Positions 16,268 to 25,034 of a DNA stretch of 64,000 nucleotides are shown here, in pieces (within the stretch, counting starts at the first letter, position 1; each line of letters opens with the position of its first letter). The translations under genes were made by a program, and so were the position numbers. The notes below the pieces were generated by a model. The model searched no databases. It was given only the letters and a program-made list of their open reading frames with translations, and had not been told where the DNA came from. Origin of the DNA: an uncultured virus (IMG/VR IMGVR_UViG_3300025789_000033) (taxonomy: Duplodnaviria > Heunggongvirae > Uroviricota > Caudoviricetes); the IMG/VR virus record IMGVR_UViG_3300025789_000033, one strand, 5' to 3'.

Positions 16268-17566
16268 TTATATTCCGTACTGATTTTTCTTAATTTTTGC
16301 AACTATGCTTTTAACATTTGCACCGTCTGCTTCTTTACTTGGACTAAACTTACTAATGTGTTGACCATCTGTTGGGACAGTTGCCATAGCGGCTCGAATC
16401 ATATTGTCTTCTTGCTTGGTCATCGGATGCATAGTGTTGTACTTTTCAAACCATGTTTCAGCAGGGCTATCCACAGCTTTAGTATTTTCGCCGTCTGCCA
16501 CAGCCATAGCCATCATTAAACGATTCATATGATATACACGATCGTATCCACCAACGTCACGCGAACGGGTTACACCTTTAGCTACATTCTCATGATCTTT
16601 GTGCAAATCTGTAACTTTACCTTCTCGAACAAACTCATTTGCTTTCATTTCTCTTATTACCTTGTTAGCTTCTTTAATTAAATTAAAGGCTTTTAAATTC
16701 TTTTTTGGAGTACTACTATTTACATCAACAGTGGAATTCTGTTTTGTAATAGTTCCAACGCCAGCCGCTTCTTCGTCAGTTTTAGTATAGACCTGTTGTG
16801 GTTTTTTATGGCCTTCACCTCGTGCTATATGTTCAGGATCTTTGGCTTTTTCTTTTTCAAAGTACTTGCGCATTTCTTCTGCACTAGCCGCTGGTTTCTT
16901 TTTAACAGCAGGCTTAGCCATAAAGCTCATTATACCTTCATCAGTTACCGGCTCTGCTACTGTTTTTTCTTTCTTAACTTTTTTAACTTTCTCAGGATGA
17001 GCGCCTACTGCGTCAACTACAGTATCAAAATAATGTTGGCCATTTACTTCTAAGTTAGGATCAGTACCGGCAGCACGATAAAATGCATCCATATCGCCAG
17101 CACGAGCCGCATTACGTAGATCAGTCGCTGAACTTACTCTAGGACTTGGTATGTGAATAATTTTAGCAAAATTAAAATAACCGTGTGTGCTTTCTTTACC
17201 GTTATATTGATGTAACAACTTACCAGCCCATGCCCAGTCAGTTGCATCAGTTACATATGCTACAGTTGCTCCATCTCCCACTTCTGCATATATCTTAGCC
17301 GCTAGAGTAATAACACTAGTTTCGCCTAGTATATGACCTTCAATGCTAGGATCAATAGCAGTCATCCACGCATGCTTGAGATCAAACGGTAATGGGTCGT
17401 TAGGACCGATAGTTCCGGGGTTAGTGCCAATATACCAATGTTGTCCTGCATGCTTAACAGCTTCCCATACTTTGGCATGACCTTGATGCGGAGGATTAAA
17501 TCGACCAAAGCAAAATGCCGCGGTTGCTTTAGTATGGACTGATTCTAATAGTTCTCGTAAATTCAT
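16268..17566 (-). CDS. HxGH-superfamily (cytidylyltransferase-like) nucleotidyltransferase fused to a second domain
   Basis: FGRFNPPHQGH, NDPLPF and VSSATDLR motifs; MNLRELLES leader. Confidence 0.75.
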   Translation of the reverse strand: MNLRELLESVHTKATAAFCFGRFNPPHQGHAKVWEAVKHAGQHWYIGTNPGTIGPNDPLPFDLKHAWMTAIDPSIEGHILGETSVITLAAKIYAEVGDGATVAYVTDATDWAWAGKLLHQYNGKESTHGYFNFAKIIHIPSPRVSSATDLRNAARAGDMDAFYRAAGTDPNLEVNGQHYFDTVVDAVGAHPEKVKKVKKEKTVAEPVTDEGIMSFMAKPAVKKKPAASAEEMRKYFEKEKAKDPEHIARGEGHKKPQQVYTKTDEEAAGVGTITKQNSTVDVNSSTPKKNLKAFNLIKEANKVIREMKANEFVREGKVTDLHKDHENVAKGVTRSRDVGGYDRVYHMNRLMMAMAVADGENTKAVDSPAETWFEKYNTMHPMTKQEDNMIRAAMATVPTDGQHISKFSPSKEADGANVKSIVAKIKKNQYGI

Positions 17567-18759
17567 TATGGTGTCCAGGCTGGTATAGTTCCGGACGGAG
17601 TTTCGATGTCAGTACGAGGAACTAATTTAATGTGATCATCACCTTTCTTATCGTAATGTACCCAACCTTCTGGGTTAGTTACTTTAATTTCACCAGGGTC
17701 TTTGTCTAATTGAGCAATTACGTTATTCTTTAATTGCATAATGTCATCGAACAAATTAAACATTGCAGGTAGTGCTCCTGGGAACATTCTTGCACGTTCT
17801 TGTATCTTTGCTAATTGTGTTGGACTTACAATAGTTGGATTAGCTTCCATCCACATCATAAAATTATGACCAACGTTGTGTAGTTGACCTTGTTTACTCA
17901 TAGTGTTTACATATCTGTAAACAATATTTTTAAATCCACTTACACCTGGTAAGGGAGACAAGAACTGATCAATATCAGCCGCATGTTTTTTAATTTCTGC
18001 TTCAACAATTGATATAGCTTCAGAATCAACTTCTGGTTGCATTTGTGTATAGTATGGTCCTAATACAATTAGGTCTGGAGTTGTATTGAACTCTTCAAAA
18101 CTATCTTTAGGCTGTTGTGTATGATCGGCAGCACCAAACGTATCAAAAATACCATGACCAACAACCATTGCGTGTGCTGTAGAAATTTGTTGGCCTAATT
18201 CAGTATCTTGTGCAATATGGTAAACAGTTCCACTTTTTGGATTTGGGTGCAAATTATAAATGCCATTAGCGTCCGGAGTCGGTTGACCTAAAAACAATCC
18301 ATCAGCATATACGAATCCTCTGAAGTCTGCCGGAGTAGCTTTTTCAAATACAGGATGTAAGAAACTAAATTCTCTAGCAAACTCTTTACGTTGTTCTTGT
18401 TCTTCCGGAGTCTTTGGATTACCACTTTTATTAAGAATAAAATTATAAATGCCTTGCTGAGTAGTAAATTCATCTAAGGTACTGGTACCAGTACCGCCTC
18501 TTAACCAACCATTGTGATTAGTTAGAATAAATGTTCCGTTTTTGTCTCTACCCCAGTATACTTGTGGAGCACCATCCCACTTATATCTTACACCTTTGGC
18601 ATTTTTACCTATAGCTTTAATATGTTCTAAAGCCTTAATTGCACCAGCACTGCCATTTAAGAATGTTAAATCTTCTGGGTGGTTGAATGCTCTGCCTACT
18701 TTTTTCTTAACTTCCTCAGCGGCAGGAGATTCTCTTAAAAATAACTCTCTTAATAACAC
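17566..18759 (-). CDS. Ligase-type covalent nucleotidyltransferase (RNA-ligase-like, DUF6267-like)
   Basis: HPEDL, motif I KWDG, motif IV EGWV and motif V-like KLVPR. GTG start and MLLRELFLRES leader. Confidence 0.6.
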   Translation of the reverse strand: MLLRELFLRESPAAEEVKKKVGRAFNHPEDLTFLNGSAGAIKALEHIKAIGKNAKGVRYKWDGAPQVYWGRDKNGTFILTNHNGWLRGGTGTSTLDEFTTQQGIYNFILNKSGNPKTPEEQEQRKEFAREFSFLHPVFEKATPADFRGFVYADGLFLGQPTPDANGIYNLHPNPKSGTVYHIAQDTELGQQISTAHAMVVGHGIFDTFGAADHTQQPKDSFEEFNTTPDLIVLGPYYTQMQPEVDSEAISIVEAEIKKHAADIDQFLSPLPGVSGFKNIVYRYVNTMSKQGQLHNVGHNFMMWMEANPTIVSPTQLAKIQERARMFPGALPAMFNLFDDIMQLKNNVIAQLDKDPGEIKVTNPEGWVHYDKKGDDHIKLVPRTDIETPSGTIPAWTP

Positions 18760-18761
18760 AA

Positions 18762-19133
18762 TTAGTCCTTATACTTGCCATCGGCAACATGCTTACAAGT
18801 TTCATCATGTAACTTTTTACATACTTTTTTACAAACTTCTTCTTCTAACTCGTCTGGCAATTCGCGAATTGGGAATTTTTTAATATATAATTTATAGCTA
18901 GTTTCAACAGGAACTTTAAACATACTAGGATGTGTTGCACGATCTGCTTTAACACGGTCTACACACTTAGAAATAGTTGGATAGACGTGACGACGATACA
19001 CATTATCATCATTATGCATGAAGTGGATTAAATCGTCCGGTAGATCGTAATTGATCTCCCTGCCATCTTCTTTAGGCGTGACGAAATCTAAATCGTTAAA
19101 AAGAGTGCCTTCTAATAGTTCGTTTATGCGCAT
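18762..19133 (-). CDS. Hypothetical protein
   Basis: 123 aa with an MRINELLEG leader; first gene after a TAAATA motif. Confidence 0.7.
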   Translation of the reverse strand: MRINELLEGTLFNDLDFVTPKEDGREINYDLPDDLIHFMHNDDNVYRRHVYPTISKCVDRVKADRATHPSMFKVPVETSYKLYIKKFPIRELPDELEEEVCKKVCKKLHDETCKHVADGKYKD

Positions 19134-19179
19134 TGTTAAACCCGTTTTAATAAACCAGCAGAATAAACTACGGTTAGAG

Positions 19180-19185
19180 TATTTA
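19180..19185 (-). promoter_or_regulatory. T4-late-like promoter motif (ATAAATA) heading the internal-protein cluster
   Basis: The same TAAATA hexamer recurs just upstream of many gene starts in the window. Confidence 0.55.
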
Positions 19186-19205
19186 TCGCTTTTGGAATCA
19201 ACACC

Positions 19206-19832
19206 CTATGCTTTAACGATGCGTTCTATTTTAGATATTGCACCGCCAAGGTGCATTTTAGTTAATAGTAAGGTGTTTTCGCCAGTAACGTAAAAGTGTG
19301 TACCACCCCAGGTTCTTGACTTACTAAGCTCTTTTTTGCAACTTTTAGTAAGTTTTAACTTGTCACGACCTTCGGCCCATTCAATAAATGCTTGGTAATC
19401 TTGGTTAGTTTTGCCTAAAGTTATGCGATAATCATAATTTGTCTTAGGCATTATGATTGTATTGAATGTTAAAACGCTATCTTTTGCTGGTTGTGATATG
19501 TATTTTACGTTGTCCTTGTTTAACTTGGTTAACACTTCTACATGCTTATCACTATTAGTGTATACAGAAATCCAAGGCGATTCTACTCTGACCTCTATGT
19601 CATTCATAGTTTTTAAACTTGTTGCAAGTTGAATAGAATAATCTAACTGATCTGTTGTTTTGATACTGTGAATTCTCCAAGAGTCATCCGGCTTAGGGAA
19701 TCTGGTATTGCCTAATATTTTTAAGGCAGATTCCATATCCCCTGTCCGAAATGCACTTGCGCCAGCGCATATCAGTACTATCTTGTACTGATATTTGCCT
19801 TTAAATAACCTTCTAGTTGTCTTGTACAACAT
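19206..19832 (-). CDS. Hypothetical protein
   Basis: 208-aa ORF overlapping the end of clpA. Confidence 0.75.
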   Translation of the reverse strand: MLYKTTRRLFKGKYQYKIVLICAGASAFRTGDMESALKILGNTRFPKPDDSWRIHSIKTTDQLDYSIQLATSLKTMNDIEVRVESPWISVYTNSDKHVEVLTKLNKDNVKYISQPAKDSVLTFNTIIMPKTNYDYRITLGKTNQDYQAFIEWAEGRDKLKLTKSCKKELSKSRTWGGTHFYVTGENTLLLTKMHLGGAISKIERIVKA

Positions 19833-22086
19833 CTTCTAAATTACTCTCAATTGCTAACAATGGAATTTTAGAAATCTTTGGTTTAACAATCAATGAAATT
19901 TTATCTGCTTCAACGCCAATAGTTACCCAACCACCTGTTTTCAAATCACCAAACAACATTAGACGAGCAAGGTCACGTTTAATTTCCTTGTCAATAACAC
20001 GTTGTAAAGGACGAGCACCCATTTTGCTATCAAAGCCCTTGTCAATAAGCCAATTAATAGCTTCTTTATCAATCTTGATACGGATACCTTTGTCTTTAAC
20101 TTGATCTTTAAGCTGGTCAATAAACTTGTTAACAATTTTAACCATTGTTTCTTTGCCAAGTTTATTAAATGTAACAACACCGTCTAAACGATTACGGAAC
20201 TCTGGAGTTAAAAACTTCTTCAAGTCTGCATCACTGTAGTCTTTATCCTGTTTACCAAATCCGATAGCATTTTTCTCTGCAGATTGTGCGCCAGCATTAG
20301 TAGTAAGAATAAGAACAATGTTACGACAGTCTGCTTTCTTACCATTAGATCCTGTAATAAAGCCGTTATCCATTAACTGTAGTAATACAGTCATAACATC
20401 TGGATGTGCTTTTTCAATTTCATCTAACAACAGAACAGCATTAGGTGCTTCTTGGATGCTAGTAATTAACTGACCTGCATTTTCTTCAAAGCCAACATAA
20501 CCTGGAGGGCTACCAATTAACTTACTAATGCTATGCTTCTCTTGATATTCACTCATATCAAAGCGTAGTAGTTTAACACCTAAGTTTTTAGCAAGTGATT
20601 TAGCAGTTTCAGTCTTACCTGTGCCTGTCGGGCCTATGAACACAAACGATCCAACTGGTTTATTTTCTGTTTTCAATCCAGCTTGTGCTACTACAATTTT
20701 ATCTACAATTTCAGTAATAGCAATTTCTTGACCATATACTTCTGTTTCAAGTTTAGTTTGTAGATTAATTAAATTAACACTTTCTGTTTCAGAAACTTGT
20801 TCTTCTGGAATATTAACCATCTTGCTAAGTTCGTATTGCACTTCGCGTTCACCAATAACTCGTTCGTCTGCAAGTTTTAAGTTAAAACGTGAGCAGGCAA
20901 CATCAATTAGGTCAATGGCCTTATCTGGCAACTTCTTGTCTGTTTGATATTTAACTGACAACTTAATTGCGGCATCAATAGCATCGTCCTTAATTTTTAC
21001 ATTATGGAATGTTTCGTAATACTTCTTAATACCTTTAAGAATTTGTCTAGTAACTTCAATTGTAGGCTCGTCAACAGTAATACGTTGGAAACGACGCATC
21101 AACGCACGATCCTTTTCAAAGTGCTTACGATATTCTTCCCATGTAGTACTGGCCACAACTTTAATGTTGCCTTTGCTCAGTGCCGGCTTCATCATATTAG
21201 CGAGATCGTTAGCTGAGTTGCTAGCGGATCCTGCTCCGGAGATCATATGTGCCTCGTCGATAAACAGCACAGTCTTACCTTTCTTGGTTAGAGCTTTTAG
21301 AACTTGTTTGAAACGTTCTTCAAAGTCGCCACGATATTTAGAACCAGCTAACATAGCTGAAATATCTAAGTTGTAAACTGTATAGTCTTTTAAGAAATCT
21401 GGAACAGCACCATTTACAATGTTATGCGCCATACCTTCTGCAATAGCAGTCTTACCTACACCTGGATCACCAACTAAGATAACGTTGTTCTTACTACGGC
21501 GACCTAATGCAAGTGCGATGTTTTCAAGTTCATCTACACGACCAATAACTGGGTCAATTTTATTCTTCTTAACCTGATCATTTAAATTAGTAGTAAATGC
21601 TTGTAGAGCTCGGTCCCCTGCTGAATCAGGTTGCATTTCTTCTTGCCCGTTGTCGATATTGTTATTCAAGTATTCAGCAAATTTATCTTTATCAATATTT
21701 GCTTGAGCAACATAGAATTGCGCCCAACTACGCTTCTCGCCCATCATAGCAAGGAACACATCAGTAGGCTCAATGCGTTGACGTCCGTTGAACAAGACCT
21801 GCGTGAACGCACGATTAAGTACACGTTCAACAGCTTGTGTCTTTTTAGGTTTAACTACAACATCTGGTACAGTAATTTCACTGCACTTGTTATGCAAGTA
21901 GTCTTGTAAGTTTGCTTTAAGTGCAGAAGCATCCGCACCAAACCCTTGAATACAGTTAGTAAACCCATCTTCTGCAAGCATAGCAAACAATAAATGTTCT
22001 ATTGTTAGATATTCATGGTGAAGTTTCTTAGAAGTTTCTATAGCTCTTTCAAAGACCGCTTGAAGATTATCACTAGGTTCAACCAT
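19813..22086 (-). CDS. clpA: ATP-dependent Clp protease ATPase subunit ClpA
   Basis: Clp N domain, two Walker A motifs (GDPGVGKT, GPTGTGKT), GSKYRGDFEER, GYVG pore loop, IGF ClpP-docking loop and no long middle domain. Confidence 0.95.
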   Translation of the reverse strand: MVEPSDNLQAVFERAIETSKKLHHEYLTIEHLLFAMLAEDGFTNCIQGFGADASALKANLQDYLHNKCSEITVPDVVVKPKKTQAVERVLNRAFTQVLFNGRQRIEPTDVFLAMMGEKRSWAQFYVAQANIDKDKFAEYLNNNIDNGQEEMQPDSAGDRALQAFTTNLNDQVKKNKIDPVIGRVDELENIALALGRRSKNNVILVGDPGVGKTAIAEGMAHNIVNGAVPDFLKDYTVYNLDISAMLAGSKYRGDFEERFKQVLKALTKKGKTVLFIDEAHMISGAGSASNSANDLANMMKPALSKGNIKVVASTTWEEYRKHFEKDRALMRRFQRITVDEPTIEVTRQILKGIKKYYETFHNVKIKDDAIDAAIKLSVKYQTDKKLPDKAIDLIDVACSRFNLKLADERVIGEREVQYELSKMVNIPEEQVSETESVNLINLQTKLETEVYGQEIAITEIVDKIVVAQAGLKTENKPVGSFVFIGPTGTGKTETAKSLAKNLGVKLLRFDMSEYQEKHSISKLIGSPPGYVGFEENAGQLITSIQEAPNAVLLLDEIEKAHPDVMTVLLQLMDNGFITGSNGKKADCRNIVLILTTNAGAQSAEKNAIGFGKQDKDYSDADLKKFLTPEFRNRLDGVVTFNKLGKETMVKIVNKFIDQLKDQVKDKGIRIKIDKEAINWLIDKGFDSKMGARPLQRVIDKEIKRDLARLMLFGDLKTGGWVTIGVEADKISLIVKPKISKIPLLAIESNLEDVVQDN

Positions 22087-22571
22087 TATTTAAATTTCCT
22101 TTGTTTTTTCTTTGCCATTTTTAATTTTAAATCACTTACGTATTCTGTAAATGTTATTCCATCTAAATGATCCAACTCATGTTGAAAGCATCTAGCATCA
22201 ATACCCTCAAGTTCTATTATACATTTTTTGTTTGTATTGTCAAGATACATGGCTGTAATTTTATTATGACGAGCAACTTTCAACCATAAATTAGGAAAGC
22301 TCAGACAACCTTCTTCGCCACTGACAAAGTTATTATCGCCTAACAAGATCCACGGATTAAAAAATCCCAATTCACGTCCGTCTTGCAATTTCATAACAAA
22401 CACTCTACGTAGTAATCCAACTTGGTTACCAGCAAGACCGATACCGTTAGATGCTCGCATAATCTCAAGCATTTCACGTTCGATTACTGCGGCATTAACG
22501 TGATTTTCAAAGTCCCACGGTTCGGCTTTTTGTTTTAGTATTGGATCAGGATCTTGAACTAATTTCAACAT
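22086..22571 (-). CDS. def: Peptide deformylase
   Basis: GIGLAGNQVG, EGCLS and QHELDHLDG motifs. Confidence 0.95.
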   Translation of the reverse strand: MLKLVQDPDPILKQKAEPWDFENHVNAAVIEREMLEIMRASNGIGLAGNQVGLLRRVFVMKLQDGRELGFFNPWILLGDNNFVSGEEGCLSFPNLWLKVARHNKITAMYLDNTNKKCIIELEGIDARCFQHELDHLDGITFTEYVSDLKLKMAKKKQRKFK

Positions 22572-23403
22572 TTAGTGCTTTAAGTTTTTCTACTAGACTA
22601 GGATCAGTAATTGCTGGAGTTTTAATGTTTACAACGATTACTAATCGACCTTTCTGACCAGTATTAATATTAGGGAAACCGTTACCGTTGCTGGCGAATT
22701 CTGCGCCAGACTCGATACCTGGACGAATGTCAACATCTAATTTTTGACCAGTGATTGTTTTAACACTTTTATTACAACCGATCATAGCTTCAATTGGAGA
22801 TATGTATAACGTAGTGTACATATCATCACCGGCTCTTCTAAAGTTAGCATCTGGCAAGACTACAATGGTTACATTAAGATTTCCTCTAGGAGCTCCTGGT
22901 ACACTATCGTCTCCAAGCCCGTTATATCGAATAGTTTCTCCGTGGCTTATACCAGGCGGCACATTAATGACTACTGTTTGAGTCACACCGCTTGGCATTT
23001 TGTAATTTGCTTCTAATTGTTTTCCTAGATAGCTGTCTAAAATAGATATCTGGCATTGTATATTCAAGTCTCTATTTCGACGCATTTGTCCACGCATGTT
23101 ACCGAATATATCTCCAAAAGGATGACCTTGTGGAAAGCCTTGACCAAACATATGTCCAAACGGATCAAACCCACCGGTAGTAAATCTTACTTCAGGTCCA
23201 CCGCCATACATACGTTGTTGATCGTATTCAGCTTTTTTCTGTGCGTCACTTAGTGTGTCGTATGCAACACTAATGTCTTTAAATTTGGCTTGGTCTCCAC
23301 CTTTATCTGGGTGATGTTTATTAGCCAAAGATCTGTATGCTTTTTTTATTTCTTCTGGGCTAGCACTTTCGCTAACACCTAGTGTTTGGTAATAATCAGT
23401 CAT
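22546..23403 (-). CDS. dnaJ: DnaJ-class (type II, CbpA-like) co-chaperone
   Basis: J domain with HPD, a G/F-rich region and DnaJ_C; no zinc finger. Confidence 0.92.
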   Translation of the reverse strand: MTDYYQTLGVSESASPEEIKKAYRSLANKHHPDKGGDQAKFKDISVAYDTLSDAQKKAEYDQQRMYGGGPEVRFTTGGFDPFGHMFGQGFPQGHPFGDIFGNMRGQMRRNRDLNIQCQISILDSYLGKQLEANYKMPSGVTQTVVINVPPGISHGETIRYNGLGDDSVPGAPRGNLNVTIVVLPDANFRRAGDDMYTTLYISPIEAMIGCNKSVKTITGQKLDVDIRPGIESGAEFASNGNGFPNINTGQKGRLVIVVNIKTPAITDPSLVEKLKALNVEISSRS

Positions 23404-23409
23404 AGTCGT

Positions 23410-23462
23410 AAAAAAGGCTCCGTTAATATAGTAATTATACTATCTTTAGCGGAGCCCGTCAA
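23410..23462 (-). promoter_or_regulatory. Sigma70 promoter embedded in a terminator-like hairpin
   Basis: TTGACG-17 bp-TATAAT. The stem GGCTCCG...CGGAGCC plus T6 encloses the -10 element. Confidence 0.7.
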
Positions 23463-23474
23463 GTATTTGAGTGC

Positions 23475-23645
23475 TTACTTTTTCTTTTTTGGCGCCACTG
23501 TATCTGGTTTAGTTCCGGCTACTTGTGTTCCTTCTGCTTTTTTATGATGCTTAACTTCTTTCTTAGCAGGCGCTGATTTCTTCTCGGCCATTACTGGGCT
23601 AGCTAAAAAACAACTTGCTACTAATAATGCTAATAATTTTTTCAT
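23475..23645 (-). CDS. Small secreted Lys-rich protein (56 aa)
   Basis: Below the ORF-track cutoff. MKKLLALLVASCFLASPVMA signal peptide followed by EKKSAPAKKEVKHHKKAEG...KKKK; AAGGA RBS. Confidence 0.7.
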   Translation of the reverse strand: MKKLLALLVASCFLASPVMAEKKSAPAKKEVKHHKKAEGTQVAGTKPDTVAPKKKK

Positions 23646-23656
23646 TTTATTTTCCT

Positions 23657-24349
23657 TTATAGTGCTGGTTGGTCAAAAGTTGGAATAACTTTTTTACCAC
23701 TTGCGTTTACTGTTGGGACTGCTAACGTTGTTGCTGTAGGTGTGCTTCCAAACCCGCCTCCGCCAAAGCCACTTGTTGCCGGTGCGCTTGGCGTAGTAGA
23801 CCCAAACCCTCCGGATGCTGGAGCTGGTGAACCAAAGCCACCGGTTGGTGCTCCGAATCCTCCTGTCGCAGGTGCGCCAAATGCTGAAGCCCCGCCTGTT
23901 GATGAACCGAATCCGCCATTTGATGCTCCTCCAAAACCACCGCCTGCTGGTGCGCCAAAGCCACCTGAGCTTCCGCCAAAGCCACCACCCATTCCGCCAC
24001 CACCCATGCCACCTTGCATTCCTGCTGGAACACCGGACATGTTAGTGTTGGTTGTCATTATTTGACTTGTTGCTGTTGGGTTAGCGGCTGTACCTGCTAA
24101 CTTCTCCTGTGTACGACCAAACGCACTAATACCTAATACCGCACCCATTGCAATGTGAAACAATCCTGCACCTTGTAATGTCAGTGGATTCCATTGTGTA
24201 ATTGGCATGTGCATCATTGCCTGCAACAATGACCAACATACTGGAAATACTGCCATGTCCAATAAACAGATCAGCATGTACATCCAACCCATCGCTGGAC
24301 GCCATAACTTCTGCATCCATTCGGGATCTCTTTCTTTCTTTTCTGACAT
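23657..24349 (-). CDS. Holin-like membrane protein (GTA 3TM holin family) with an FG-repeat tail
   Basis: WRPAMGW...LG...GRTQEK signature, location in the lysis cassette, and 10 FG dipeptides in the Gly-rich C-tail. Confidence 0.7.
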   Translation of the reverse strand: MSEKKERDPEWMQKLWRPAMGWMYMLICLLDMAVFPVCWSLLQAMMHMPITQWNPLTLQGAGLFHIAMGAVLGISAFGRTQEKLAGTAANPTATSQIMTTNTNMSGVPAGMQGGMGGGGMGGGFGGSSGGFGAPAGGGFGGASNGGFGSSTGGASAFGAPATGGFGAPTGGFGSPAPASGGFGSTTPSAPATSGFGGGGFGSTPTATTLAVPTVNASGKKVIPTFDQPAL

Positions 24350-24381
24350 AGTTCGCTCCTTTGTCTTTATATACGTATTTA

Positions 24382-24744
24382 TTACGGATTCGTCGGAGGT
24401 GTCTCTGGCGTTGCTAATGAGTCGTTTGGGACAACATTACCTAATGTTGGCTCAATTTGAGCAGTTGGCTGAGGAATATTTGCGGTATGTTTCAAAGCTC
24501 GTTGTTCAGCTTGCCACGCCGCATCTACTAAGTCTTCTGCTTCTTTCTTTGCTTTTTCGGCAGCCGCTATAGCCGCTTGATGTGCTTGATGTGCTAGGTC
24601 GGCTATTTTTTGTTTTTCAGAAATTAACTTTGCTTCCAATGCCTTAATAGCATCTTCAGAATCTGAAACTAATTTATCAGCATCTAAAAAAATATTTTTT
24701 AATTTGCTAGCAGTTAGTTGTTCTATTTTAGTAAAAAATCCCAT
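24382..24744 (-). CDS. Hypothetical coiled-coil protein in the lysis cassette
   Basis: 120 aa, Ala/Lys/Glu-rich helix, with an RBS. Confidence 0.7.
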   Translation of the reverse strand: MGFFTKIEQLTASKLKNIFLDADKLVSDSEDAIKALEAKLISEKQKIADLAHQAHQAAIAAAEKAKKEAEDLVDAAWQAEQRALKHTANIPQPTAQIEPTLGNVVPNDSLATPETPPTNP

Positions 24745-24755
24745 GATAATATCCT

Positions 24756-25034
24756 TTATTTTATGTTATCAAAAATCTGTTTCTGTTTTGTATACCAATC
24801 TACCCACGTATCTACTTTGTCTTTACATTCGTAATAATCACTGTAGTTATCTGTGACAGTTTCCAACACATCACTTAATTTGCTAGTTGACGTATCAACT
24901 TGTGCAAGATCCGGACATTCAATTAACAATTCTGGAGGAACATCCGGAAATTTCATTTGAACTAATACTTTAGAATTATTACTAGCACATGCTGTAAGCA
25001 TTAATAAAATTAATAGTACACTAATTAATCTCAT
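24756..25034 (-). CDS. Outer-membrane spanin (Rz1-like lipoprotein)
   Basis: Lipobox LTAC, Pro-rich segment and additional Cys residues; follows the i-spanin. Confidence 0.75.
   Translation of the reverse strand: MRLISVLLILLMLTACASNNSKVLVQMKFPDVPPELLIECPDLAQVDTSTSKLSDVLETVTDNYSDYYECKDKVDTWVDWYTKQKQIFDNIK

Noticed and set aside
23451..23477. Possible CIRCE (HrcA) operator upstream of dnaJ (TAAGCACTC-N9-ACGGGCTCC on the minus strand)
   Set aside because: The left arm matches 8/9 but the right arm only 4/9, which is plausible by chance.
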